Assembly (NCBI GenBank): GCA_945788485.1
Contig: CALZMB010000001.1
Span: 1 to 46,296 of the forward strand
DNA length: 46,296 bases
Reading direction: 5' to 3'
DNA from: an uncultured bacterium
GTDB lineage: Bacteria > Bacteroidota > Bacteroidia > Bacteroidales > Bacteroidaceae
Shown here: piece after piece, positions 30,323 to 39,613 of the stretch
How positions within the stretch are numbered: position 1 is the first letter of the stretch
Layout: each line of letters begins with the position of its first letter
Notes under the pieces: model-generated
Told to the model about the DNA's origin: nothing
Database searches by the model: none
Seen by the model: the letters and a program-made list of their open reading frames with translations, nothing else
Translations under genes and position numbers: made by a program

Positions 30323-30350
30323 TAGACCCCGCTGAACGGAGTATCTTACG
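30323..30350 (-). promoter_or_regulatory. Candidate ECF-sigma promoter (CGTAAG-N17-GTCTA)
   Basis: Minus strand reads cgtaag atactccgttcagcggg gtcta, ~80 nt upstream of the acidic-protein gene. Confidence 0.45.
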
Positions 30351-30450
30351 CTTAGGGTAAAAGTTTTTTCATTTCACTCGAAAAAATGTTCCTTCAATTT
30401 CTTAGGCCGATGGTTCTTTTCATGTACCACATAACCTGTTTAAGCATTCT

Positions 30451-30897
30451 TCAGAACATTTTCATATACTCAGCCCTGCCCTTCATCTTCTGTGGTGTCA
30501 AAGCAAATTTCTTGACAGGCTGAGTGCCTTTCATGTCATAAATCTCGTACGTCAGAGGCTGGTTGAGCTCTACAAGACGCTTTATCATCATTGTGTCAAG
30601 GAGATGCAGATCGTTAAGCATCATGGACGGAAGCCATTTCAGCATCTCGGCATCTGTCAGCTGAGGGTCGTCTGTCAGAGCTCTGAGCGTGAGGATGACG
30701 GTCTTGCCGTCATACACGCATTTCTCCATTCCGAACGCCCCGTATTCTTTCGGCAACTGTGACGCAAACGTCTCCACTCTTGTGGCTATAACACTGTCTG
30801 TCTGTTGAGCGTCATCTGACACACTCTTCTGGTTTTTACCGCATCCGGCGCATAACAAAACCAAAAAAGCAGATAGGATAATGTGTTTCATGTTCAT
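30451..30897 (-). CDS. Lipoprotein, possible GspS/AspS-pilotin-like fold
   Basis: MKHIILSAFLVLLCAGC lipobox; FASQLPKEYG...CVYDGKTVILTL...LTYEIYDMKG...LTPQKM. Confidence 0.7.
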   Translation of the reverse strand: MNMKHIILSAFLVLLCAGCGKNQKSVSDDAQQTDSVIATRVETFASQLPKEYGAFGMEKCVYDGKTVILTLRALTDDPQLTDAEMLKWLPSMMLNDLHLLDTMMIKRLVELNQPLTYEIYDMKGTQPVKKFALTPQKMKGRAEYMKMF

Positions 30898-30935
30898 AGT
30901 GTTTTTAATGTGGTTATGTTCTGTTTTCAAGAATG

Positions 30936-32162
30936 CTATTTTGTTATCTTTATGATATACGTCTCGTCATTGCTGTCGTTTACGAGGGCATAATATCCCG
31001 GCGAGAGATATACGAACGAGATGCTGCTCACACCGTCTATGATGTCCGATGTCGATGGTTTTATGGCATTGTCGCTTCTTGTCTCCTGCGTGTAGCCCTG
31101 TGTTCTGTGGCCGTCTTCCATTGTCATGTTGTCAAGAGCGACAAGATGCCAGCTGCCTTTCAATTTCGCGCCCACAGTCTTGAACGTGATTGTTATGCCC
31201 TCAGGGAAAGGATACACCTTACGGTCGATGTAGAACGTGTTATCACCCTCTGTCTTTGTCTTTGCAGCAGGAATGCTGAACTCGTTGACATACATCTTTT
31301 CTTTCTCATATACGGCTTTTTTCTTCTCGACGTAAGTCGTCTGGTACTCCTCAATTTTCGATGACAGGATTTTTTCCTTCTTTCCGTTTCCGAGCATGAG
31401 CACGACATACTTGTCCTTGTCTCTCTTTCCGTAGTGCTGTGTGATGATGACACCCTCTTTCGTTGTTTTGTCCTTCATCACTATGACATTGGTGTATCCG
31501 GCCTGACTGCTGACAGTCATGCCTTTTTCCTTTGTCTCTTTCCTTATCTCGATGATGTCAGACATGTGTATCTCGTGTCTGCCGTCGCTTGTCTTTACAG
31601 TCAGTTTCACGCCTGGCACCTGCGAGACGATTGTTCCGGAGTATGTCTTTCCGTGCAGTGTGATGATAACATCATTCAAGCCTTTCTTTCTGATGTTGTC
31701 TGTCTGCTCTTTTTCTATCTTTGCGATATTCTTCCATTCGAGTTTGTATGTCTCTGGTTTAATTTGCATATAGACAGTCTTCGGACTTTCGTCTTGCTCT
31801 GTCTTCAGCAGATTACGGTGGTTGTGTGTCCTGGTCTTTATGTCATACAAGACGATGTAGCGTCCGTTGGCGTCGCCCTTCAGAGCCTTGTGTCCCAAAG
31901 CCCAGCGTTTCAGCTCTCTGTCGAGATTCTCGTACTTCGTCTTTTTCGGTGTGGATGAAATCAGTTGTGCATCGTCGATTACGAACGTGGCTTTCTCTGA
32001 TTTCACCGTTATATCCTTGTTCGGACGCTGCGATATGATTTTGCCAACGATTCTTGACCCGTTCTTCATTACGAACGTGGATTTCTCATCAGCGTATGCG
32101 GCTGAGACAACGATATTCAGCATTGTCAGCGCAAGGAGGGTTTTATTAAGGATTGTTTTCAT
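30936..32162 (-). CDS. Exported protein with three repeated small beta-barrel (Sm/SH3-like) modules
   Basis: Signal peptide; FVMKNGSRIVGKIISQ / IITLHGKTYSGTIVSQ / IVMKDKTTKEGVIITQ. ATG 32162 overlaps the M6 stop (ATGA). Confidence 0.75.
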   Translation of the reverse strand: MKTILNKTLLALTMLNIVVSAAYADEKSTFVMKNGSRIVGKIISQRPNKDITVKSEKATFVIDDAQLISSTPKKTKYENLDRELKRWALGHKALKGDANGRYIVLYDIKTRTHNHRNLLKTEQDESPKTVYMQIKPETYKLEWKNIAKIEKEQTDNIRKKGLNDVIITLHGKTYSGTIVSQVPGVKLTVKTSDGRHEIHMSDIIEIRKETKEKGMTVSSQAGYTNVIVMKDKTTKEGVIITQHYGKRDKDKYVVLMLGNGKKEKILSSKIEEYQTTYVEKKKAVYEKEKMYVNEFSIPAAKTKTEGDNTFYIDRKVYPFPEGITITFKTVGAKLKGSWHLVALDNMTMEDGHRTQGYTQETRSDNAIKPSTSDIIDGVSSISFVYLSPGYYALVNDSNDETYIIKITK

Positions 32163-34204
32163 TGTTGTATATACTTTTTTGTAGTGTTTCTGTTCTTTAT
32201 AATACAAAAGCCTTGTTGCATAGGGACTCTTCTTCTTCCATCTAAAGAATAAACCGCAGCATTACCGTCAGCTTCTTCTATGATTTCATCTATATCTGTG
32301 GCGTTTTCCACTTTAACAAAATCACTCCATTCAGAAGCGATACCATTTACGACTGAACGAATGCGGACATTTGTTGTCTCGGCATCTTCTATCAACCATT
32401 TCAGATTGACTTCTGTGCCAAAGATTCCCTCTTTCATCTCACTCTTCCTTATAAGTGTGAGATTGCTGCCTAATTTTACTGATGACTGTTCAATATCATA
32501 CGTTTTTGCTCCTATCACCTCATTCCATTTCACGGTGTAACCTTCATTGTCAATAGCAGAGACATGTAACGCTTCTGGGGCATAGATTTCATTGTCGAAA
32601 ATCACATCGAATGATACAGTGCCATCCTCATTCTCGGTTATGTTCCCGATAGCCCTGTTCATATTGAATGTCCAGTCAGTGTTCATGTTATACAGCCTCC
32701 CACCATTGTCTCTGTGAGACGTGTTTGTCAACCATTTGACATTTTTATTGCCGGGCCAGATGTCACCTCTCAGGTCGTTCTCTTTATTTCCATAACTGTT
32801 GTCAGCAGGAATGATAGTCATTCTCTGGTGATTAGGGGAGGGATTAACCTGGTTAGTATTCCAAGCTCTGGCATCAAAGTCCACATGTGTTATTATCATC
32901 CCATGAATATCATTATATGTATCAACATATTTGAACCAGCGTGATGACTGATGGTTTTCAATAAGATAATATTCGTTTCTGTTCCCTTCATTATATATTA
33001 TATATGCTTCAGGCGTGTCACCGAGGTTAGCCATATCGCATATTTTCTGCGTTCCTTTCAATTCTACAGGTTCCAGCCATCCTGCAATCCATCTCTCGTA
33101 TGCGGTGAATCCGTATGGCACCTCACCATATCCTTCTGGCCCGGCATATGAGCCAGAGTTCATTATGTCCCAGTAAGACATCCCGAAAGCGCCGCTATAA
33201 TCTGTATCATAGAAATCCGGAATTCCAAGACAATGGCAAAACTCATGACAAGGCGTGCCAATGCCTGACAGTCTTTTTCCGGAAAAGCCTATCAGTTCGC
33301 TTGAGCAGGCATAGGTGTTGACTGCAACACCATCCAAGGATATAGCATTTGACCCCAGCCAGCTTTCGTGCGGCCAAATGGTATTTGACGGTGCACCGTA
33401 ATGTTCGCCATACCCTGCATAGACAATAAACACCTGATCCACTTCACCGTCTCCATCCCAATCATAATCCTTGAAATTAACGTTGTCGTCAATCAAACGG
33501 CATGCTTCAATAACCATTTCAGGGACATTCTTATCTTTGCCAAACATTTCGGAGTTTCCTCCATAGTATTCATAGTTTCTTGACACTTTCACTGGACCTA
33601 TCACATCAAAATCCAGAATGAATTTCCCGTAACTCTGGTCATAGAAGTAATCGTGTACGGAACCTATGCTTCCATTGTCCGAATAGCCTTTTTCGTTGAA
33701 CAATCTGTTGAATTGAAATTGAGAATCTTTCAAAACCATAGATAAATTTGGGAAATCAACCAATATGACAAGACCTCGTTTATTTCCCGAATAATTACTA
33801 TATTGCCCTAAAGCTTGTGAAGACGAAATTTTATTTTTTCTCTGTAAATTACTATGGTCAAGTCCAAGTTTTTGTTTATTTCCGAGATATTTCCTAACAG
33901 AATCTATGTTATCATTAATAAACTTTGTTTCTTGATTTGTTCTATTTGTACAATTATGAGCAATGATTTTTGAAATGAGAAGGCTATCATTGTTAATAAA
34001 TCCATAATAATAACTATCTCCATAATTGAACACTGGTATATCATCATCTGTTACATAATAATGAACGTATTCATCTCCAAGTAATTTAATAGTTATTAGG
34101 CTTCCGTCTTCCTGTAAGATTGTTTTTTGGACTACTTTAGCAGGACTTGAAAATAAGACTAGATTATGGATTCCTAATAATAAAAATAAAAGAAGGCTTC
34201 TCAT
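32159..34204 (-). CDS. M6 family (immune inhibitor A-like) metalloprotease with T9SS CTD
   Basis: GLVILVDF, GSVHDYFYDQSYG, YAGYGE, IWPH, CHEFCHCLGIPDFYD (HExxH), WDIMNSGSY Met-turn, EYYLIEN; C-terminus VYSLDGRR...KKYI. Confidence 0.95.
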   Translation of the reverse strand: MRSLLLFLLLGIHNLVLFSSPAKVVQKTILQEDGSLITIKLLGDEYVHYYVTDDDIPVFNYGDSYYYGFINNDSLLISKIIAHNCTNRTNQETKFINDNIDSVRKYLGNKQKLGLDHSNLQRKNKISSSQALGQYSNYSGNKRGLVILVDFPNLSMVLKDSQFQFNRLFNEKGYSDNGSIGSVHDYFYDQSYGKFILDFDVIGPVKVSRNYEYYGGNSEMFGKDKNVPEMVIEACRLIDDNVNFKDYDWDGDGEVDQVFIVYAGYGEHYGAPSNTIWPHESWLGSNAISLDGVAVNTYACSSELIGFSGKRLSGIGTPCHEFCHCLGIPDFYDTDYSGAFGMSYWDIMNSGSYAGPEGYGEVPYGFTAYERWIAGWLEPVELKGTQKICDMANLGDTPEAYIIYNEGNRNEYYLIENHQSSRWFKYVDTYNDIHGMIITHVDFDARAWNTNQVNPSPNHQRMTIIPADNSYGNKENDLRGDIWPGNKNVKWLTNTSHRDNGGRLYNMNTDWTFNMNRAIGNITENEDGTVSFDVIFDNEIYAPEALHVSAIDNEGYTVKWNEVIGAKTYDIEQSSVKLGSNLTLIRKSEMKEGIFGTEVNLKWLIEDAETTNVRIRSVVNGIASEWSDFVKVENATDIDEIIEEADGNAAVYSLDGRRRVPMQQGFCIIKNRNTTKKYIQQ

Positions 34205-34218
34205 AAACTTCTATTTTA

Positions 34219-34249
34219 TTTCGGAATCTCCAAATTGGAGATTCCGAAA
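34219..34249. other. Perfect intra-operon hairpin (15-bp arms)
   Basis: tttcggaatctccaa-a-ttggagattccgaaa, 15 nt upstream of the M6 ATG; no U-tract on the coding strand. Confidence 0.8.
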
Positions 34250-34267
34250 ATTTTGTAGATGTCGAAT

Positions 34268-35677
34268 TCAATTATTTAAATATCCGCGATAAGTATGTGC
34301 ATTTTTTTTCATCTCTTTCACGTCAATTATTGTTATCGGGGATAATAATTGATAATATAATACAGCGGTCACATTTTCTGAATTTAATACCATTACACCT
34401 GTTCCATTTCCCACAAAATTGTAGATTCCTTTGGCTTCATTATATCCTTCATATGAATATTGCTCTTTTAGTGATGCCAAAATAGATTCAAGAGTGTAGC
34501 TTTGTGAAAACATCATAAGTAGCTGATTTAAATTTGTTTTATTTGTATCAAAATAGTACTTATAAAACACAGACTTTCTCTTATTATACCAACTTGATGT
34601 ATAAGCATTGCTTATTTCTTCTTCTTCAGAAAAATCCATAGCGGCATTATTCATATACGAATTCACAGTTTGAAGTGAGGCACCCCATTCCAAATATGGA
34701 TCAGCATATAATTTTATATTTAGGCCATTATACCATTCTTGAAAACTCAAATATGAATAATCATCAAATAATATACCTTCAATTTTACTTCCAGTATAAC
34801 ATATAGCTCCAAAGTATGATTTCCCATCTTCAACTTTTAGGTTATAGCCCGCATCTTTTGTCGGAGTGAATTTTGAATTATCTAGTTGTTCTGCAGTTTG
34901 AGCTCCAAATACACAATTCACGTCACCTTCTTCCAACAAATATGCAGTTCCGAATGCTTCATTAGGAAATTGATCAGATGATTTATAATATAGATAACCA
35001 CGTTCTGCCCATGTGTTCGGATTAAGATAATTCTTGTAGTAGAAACGATCTTCGCCTTTTTTTTCAGGAGATAAGTAACGACCATCAGGATGGTTTTTTG
35101 TATAGAATGATACGCATAAATAATTACTACAATCAAAATTTGCAGCAAGAAAGTCAACATACGCACCGATTGCATGTGGAGTTATATCAACCCTCTGATT
35201 TTTTCCATTAGCTATTTGGATGACATTTGTCGCAACACCCACTGCCGAATACCATGCAGAATAATATTTTCTTCGTGCTATTTGTATTGTTGAAAGTTTT
35301 TCTTGTCCAACAATAACAAAAGATTCGGAAATATTTCCTTCACTTTCCTTAACCATCATCTCAACGGATATAGCCGTATATTCACCTGCGGGTAAATATG
35401 AGAAATTTCTTTCTGTTTGTCCGAAAGTTTTAACAAACACACTATCTGAAGCAGCTAAGTTTCCATTATTGTCATATAAGAATGTCCATACTCCTATATT
35501 ATAATCTCCACTCAAGAAATTACCCTTAAACTGATCAGAAACACCAAATTCATCATAAACGGTCTGAGTAGAGACTGTATATGTTAAATCTCCATAGGCA
35601 ATCACCTCTATGTCGTCATTAGAACAAGAAGTGAGAATTCCGGCAAATGCCAAAATTATGTATATAATCTTTTTCAT
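34268..35677 (-). CDS. AT-rich surface lipoprotein of unknown function
   Basis: MKKIIYIILAFAGILTSC-SNDD: lipobox followed by an acidic Bacteroidetes lipoprotein-export-signal-like stretch. Confidence 0.8.
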   Translation of the reverse strand: MKKIIYIILAFAGILTSCSNDDIEVIAYGDLTYTVSTQTVYDEFGVSDQFKGNFLSGDYNIGVWTFLYDNNGNLAASDSVFVKTFGQTERNFSYLPAGEYTAISVEMMVKESEGNISESFVIVGQEKLSTIQIARRKYYSAWYSAVGVATNVIQIANGKNQRVDITPHAIGAYVDFLAANFDCSNYLCVSFYTKNHPDGRYLSPEKKGEDRFYYKNYLNPNTWAERGYLYYKSSDQFPNEAFGTAYLLEEGDVNCVFGAQTAEQLDNSKFTPTKDAGYNLKVEDGKSYFGAICYTGSKIEGILFDDYSYLSFQEWYNGLNIKLYADPYLEWGASLQTVNSYMNNAAMDFSEEEEISNAYTSSWYNKRKSVFYKYYFDTNKTNLNQLLMMFSQSYTLESILASLKEQYSYEGYNEAKGIYNFVGNGTGVMVLNSENVTAVLYYQLLSPITIIDVKEMKKNAHTYRGYLNN

Positions 35678-35696
35678 AACGTTTCTTTTTTATGCA

Positions 35697-36455
35697 TTAT
35701 TTCTTTTTTGTACCGATACATTTGAAGAGATATCCTATGGATATTTCAAGTGAGCTTACTTTAGCGGGGAAATTGCCAGCCAGCTCACTTGTCCCGAGGT
35801 AGTATCTCGCATTGGCATAGAAGCCGTCGTTTGCCGAGTTCTTGTTGAAGCGGTAGCCAAGGCCGACAGTCGCCTTTATGTCAAATCCCTTAAAGTCACC
35901 TGTTTTATATTCCATATAGTCGTATGACAACATATCCGGGCTTGAAGACATCGTCCCGGCTATTGTCGGACCTACCTCAATGTACAGGTTCTTCAGATGC
36001 TTTGTGTTGTAGCAGGGATAGAACTGGAGCATGATGGGCACTTCAAAGTATCCGAGCGTGAGATCGTCATCAGCCAGAGTTTTAACTGCATGCTGCTTGT
36101 AGTTAAGCTCCACTCCGATGCCGAACAGTCCCTGTCCGTCGAGCGGGCGGTTGCGGCTGTCCTTGCCGCCGAAACGGATATTGGCTGCTAAGCCGCCGCC
36201 GAAGGATATGCCGCTGCCATCGTAGATTTTCAGATCATCGCCCTCGCTCATCGTTGACACTCCGGCTCCGACACGCGGACCGACCGACAGCTCATAGTTG
36301 TAGTGTTTGCCCTTTACCTCAACATGTGTTGTCGTCTTCTTTCTGTTTTCAACTCTCTGTTTCTGTCCGAAACCGTCATCTTCTGTCACAATCTGTGCCT
36401 TTGCCGTCATGGCGACAGCAAGAAAAGACAGAATAAAGATTGATGTTTTTTTCAT
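35697..36455 (-). CDS. Outer-membrane beta-barrel protein (porin/PorT-like, OMP_b-brl_2)
   Basis: Signal peptide; VGPRVGAGVS, IGVELNYKQ, LGYFEVPIML, YIEVGP, VGLGYRF, NARYYLG, ISIGYLF. Confidence 0.88.
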   Translation of the reverse strand: MKKTSIFILSFLAVAMTAKAQIVTEDDGFGQKQRVENRKKTTTHVEVKGKHYNYELSVGPRVGAGVSTMSEGDDLKIYDGSGISFGGGLAANIRFGGKDSRNRPLDGQGLFGIGVELNYKQHAVKTLADDDLTLGYFEVPIMLQFYPCYNTKHLKNLYIEVGPTIAGTMSSSPDMLSYDYMEYKTGDFKGFDIKATVGLGYRFNKNSANDGFYANARYYLGTSELAGNFPAKVSSLEISIGYLFKCIGTKKK

Positions 36456-36505
36456 AAGGTATTGTTTTGTGTTAGTAAAATAAATAATTATCGCTGTCAT
36501 GATGT

Positions 36506-38014
36506 TCAGAACGGTTTCAGCTCGAGGCCGTTACGACGTGCTGACGTGCCGTCGGATGTAGATACAACGCACCATCCGTTAAGCTCTACATTCTTCACGA
36601 GGAACGAACTGTTTATCGAGTAGCTGCCTCTTGCGGGTATGGTGACAGTCTGTGTGATGTTTCTGAAATGTGCTTTCTGTCCTCCTCCCGAGAGTGTGAT
36701 GGTTGTTGTCACGGGTATTGGCGACGGGTTGCGTATAGTTGCCGTGACGAGGCAGCGGTCTTGCGGGTTGGCATCTGCATTAATGACACGTATGCTTGAC
36801 TTCAGTTTTGTCCTCTGCACGAAACTGAAGCTCTCGTTGCCCTGCCAGAGTTTTATGCCGTTGTTCTTCACCTCGACGTTGAATGTCTTCGTCTCTTTTG
36901 TCTGCGAGGCGTTCGGTGTGTATGCGAAGCTGTATCTGTTTCTGCCTGTCTTGCTTATTTCGAGCGCATTGCCGTTGTCCTGATCTTTCAGCGTGACCGT
37001 TATGCTCTCGTTTTTCCATTTCTCGGGCACAGAGAGTGTGAACTCGCACTGGCACGAGCCGCCTTCTGAGAAGATGTGTCTTGATTTCTCTGTGTGCGTA
37101 TAGAAGGTGGAGTTGTCTGCCACAATATGCAGCAGGCCGTATTTCCCGTCCATCATCGCCACTGCCGTCCCGTCTGAGAAATAATCTGCTTTCTCATATT
37201 GGAAAGGTGTGAGAAGTTTTCCCTTCTCCGAGATGTATGTCCACAGTCCGTTGCGTTCTTCAGGCATATACTCCATGTTTTTCTCCTGCTCGTATTTAGA
37301 GTATTCCACATCGTCTCCCAGCCCGCTTACACGGTAGAGATAATCTACGTCGAATGAGGTGGCGTTGCTTTTCATCTTCTCGATCCTGCCGTCGCCGTTC
37401 AGTACGAAAAGCACCTCTTCCTCATCCCATAGAATTGCCTTGCCGTTGTAGAAATTGGTGCCGCCGAATGGAGTGCCGCCGTTTTTCAGCTTAGGCAGAA
37501 TCTGTTCGCCCGATGTGTCAATCCAGTGGAAACTGTCTCCCTCACCGACAACGGCGAAGCCTTCGCTGAATGGACGTACAATGTCATCGGTGAAGCTCCA
37601 TGCCGGCTGGCATTTTTCGTCAAGGTATCCGTATCTGCCGTATTCGTCCTGCACGGTGATGAATCCCTCTGAGTAGAACATATATTCGGGTAGAAGATAG
37701 TATATGCCGTCGGTGTAGTGTACTGTGCCGTTTTCTTCCAGTACACCTTTCATCTGCCATTTGCCGTCTCTTTTGTTGACGAAGACTGTCTTGCCTTCAT
37801 AGAAATAGTTTATGGCATCATATACGGGTTGCAGGATGACTTTTCCGTTTGTGGAAATCATTCCGACCTTTCCGTTTTTCTTCACCTGATACATATTCGG
37901 TCCGAAATATTTTATTGACTGATATTCCGGAGCCACAAGCCAGTCAGCTGTTTGCGCTTTCGCCTCGGCGATGGCGAAGAGTGCCAAGAGCATTATGGAT
38001 AGAGTGCGTCTCAT
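36506..38014 (-). CDS. Exported WG-repeat protein with C-terminal Ig-like domains
   Basis: GKVGMISTNGKVILQPVYD, YSEGF..V...GRYGYLD, PFSEGFAVV, FSDGTAVAMMDGKYGLL. Confidence 0.9.
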   Translation of the reverse strand: MRRTLSIMLLALFAIAEAKAQTADWLVAPEYQSIKYFGPNMYQVKKNGKVGMISTNGKVILQPVYDAINYFYEGKTVFVNKRDGKWQMKGVLEENGTVHYTDGIYYLLPEYMFYSEGFITVQDEYGRYGYLDEKCQPAWSFTDDIVRPFSEGFAVVGEGDSFHWIDTSGEQILPKLKNGGTPFGGTNFYNGKAILWDEEEVLFVLNGDGRIEKMKSNATSFDVDYLYRVSGLGDDVEYSKYEQEKNMEYMPEERNGLWTYISEKGKLLTPFQYEKADYFSDGTAVAMMDGKYGLLHIVADNSTFYTHTEKSRHIFSEGGSCQCEFTLSVPEKWKNESITVTLKDQDNGNALEISKTGRNRYSFAYTPNASQTKETKTFNVEVKNNGIKLWQGNESFSFVQRTKLKSSIRVINADANPQDRCLVTATIRNPSPIPVTTTITLSGGGQKAHFRNITQTVTIPARGSYSINSSFLVKNVELNGWCVVSTSDGTSARRNGLELKPF

Positions 38015-38042
38015 AAGTAGTATAAGAATTGTGGTTTATTTG

Positions 38043-38657
38043 TCAGTTCACGACGGGCATGTCTTTTTCTTTCGACATGTCTTTCTTCTGAATTTCAGGC
38101 TCTACATCCTGTTTTTCATTATAGAGTTCCTGACGTTTTGTTTTCTTACGTCTGACGTTGGTTTTTCTGCTTTTTTTCTTTTTTGTCGCTCTCTTTGCTG
38201 TTTTTATTGACGATTCTACGGGTGCGTATTTGTCTGTAGAATCCCTGTTCCATTCTGTCTGTTCTTCCTCGGCAGCTACTGGTATTTCTGTCGTCTGTAC
38301 TTTATCGTCCTTATTGTTGAAGACAGACCATACCGCTATGCCTGCACACAACACGAGAAGCATGGCTGCAGCTGCAGCGGCACTTTTTCTCATTTTTGAA
38401 TACGGGTCTTTCAATGTGTTCCAGTCGAATTCCCATACGTCACCGAGTCTGATGCTGTCTTTTCTTGTCACAGGGAGCGATGTCCCTTTCAGCATTCTGT
38501 TTCCGTTGAGATAAGTCCCGTTGCTGCTTGTGTCGCTTACGGTCATCCTGCCCCAAAAACTGACGGATATGACGAGATGGTGCCGGCTCACCTTGTCAGT
38601 GCTGTCATTGATGACGATGTCACAGTCGTTGCCTCTGCCTACAATTATTCTTTTCAT
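38043..38657 (-). CDS. FHA-domain protein with a single TM helix
   Basis: IVGRGNDCDIVI...VSRHH...SSNGTYLNG...IRLG; TM AAAAAAMLLVLCAGIAVW. Confidence 0.95.
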   Translation of the reverse strand: MKRIIVGRGNDCDIVINDSTDKVSRHHLVISVSFWGRMTVSDTSSNGTYLNGNRMLKGTSLPVTRKDSIRLGDVWEFDWNTLKDPYSKMRKSAAAAAAMLLVLCAGIAVWSVFNNKDDKVQTTEIPVAAEEEQTEWNRDSTDKYAPVESSIKTAKRATKKKKSRKTNVRRKKTKRQELYNEKQDVEPEIQKKDMSKEKDMPVVN

Positions 38658-38684
38658 TGTCAGTGTGTTTTGTGAATGAGATGA

Positions 38685-39581
38685 TTACTGTTTTTTCATG
38701 AATCTTTTTCTCAGTTGCCGCGTGCTATTCCGTAATGCTTCTTTTGCCTTGTGCATGCAGCTGTACTGGTATTCGGAATCTTTCTTCATGTCTATCACAA
38801 TGGCGGTAAGGTTGTCATGGTCGCCGCCTTCTGCCCATCCAGCCTCATCTACTGTGTCTGTCAGGAACTGTACCTCGTCTTCGGGTTTGTCTTTCTCATT
38901 GAAGAGGGCGAGCATCTCGTTCTCCGGCTTCACGTTCCAAATGCCGTCACAGCAGAGTATGAACCTGTCGCCCTTCCTGTATGGTATCTTCTCAACGGTC
39001 ACCTCTATTGTGTTGCGTATTCCGAGAGCGCGCGTGATGATGTTCGAGAAGCTCGATTGGCGGGCCTGCTCCTCAGTCATTAAACCTTGTGCTACCATCT
39101 CGAAGACTTTCGAGTGGTCGAATGTGCGGAAGATTTTCTTTCCCCTGCGCAGCTGGTAAATCCTGCTGTCTCCGACGTGTGTCAGATAGGCGCATCTGGC
39201 AGTGATGACGAGTATTGTTGCCGTTGTGCCCATTCCTCTGAGAGGTGGCTCTTCGTATGCGCGCTGGTAAATGGCGTCATTGGCGGCTGAGACGGCGGCT
39301 GAGACGGCGGCATCGCTGAATTCTCCTTCTGTCTTCGTCTTCAGTGTCTTCAATATTTCCGCCACAGCGATATGCGATGCTGTCTGTCCTCCTGCCATGC
39401 CTCCCATGCCGTCGCACACTGTAAGCAGCACGGCTGAGGGTGTTGATGTGCCTCCGTAGCAATCTTGGTTCTCTTTCCTGCCTCCTACACCTGTCCTGCC
39501 CCATGCCTCGCATATATCATTGTTGACGATAAGTTTCCGTTCGTCAAGTCTTGTGACATTTATTTTTTCTAAGTTACTCAT
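38685..39581 (-). CDS. Soluble PP2C phosphatase
   Basis: GGRKENQD, VCDGMGG, GMGTT, HVGDSR, LCCDG, HDNLT; no TM segment. Likely start ATG 39581. Confidence 0.95.
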   Translation of the reverse strand: MSNLEKINVTRLDERKLIVNNDICEAWGRTGVGGRKENQDCYGGTSTPSAVLLTVCDGMGGMAGGQTASHIAVAEILKTLKTKTEGEFSDAAVSAAVSAANDAIYQRAYEEPPLRGMGTTATILVITARCAYLTHVGDSRIYQLRRGKKIFRTFDHSKVFEMVAQGLMTEEQARQSSFSNIITRALGIRNTIEVTVEKIPYRKGDRFILCCDGIWNVKPENEMLALFNEKDKPEDEVQFLTDTVDEAGWAEGGDHDNLTAIVIDMKKDSEYQYSCMHKAKEALRNSTRQLRKRFMKKQ

Positions 39582-39613
39582 GATAAGATAGAGTTTTTTT
39601 ATTTGATATAGTG

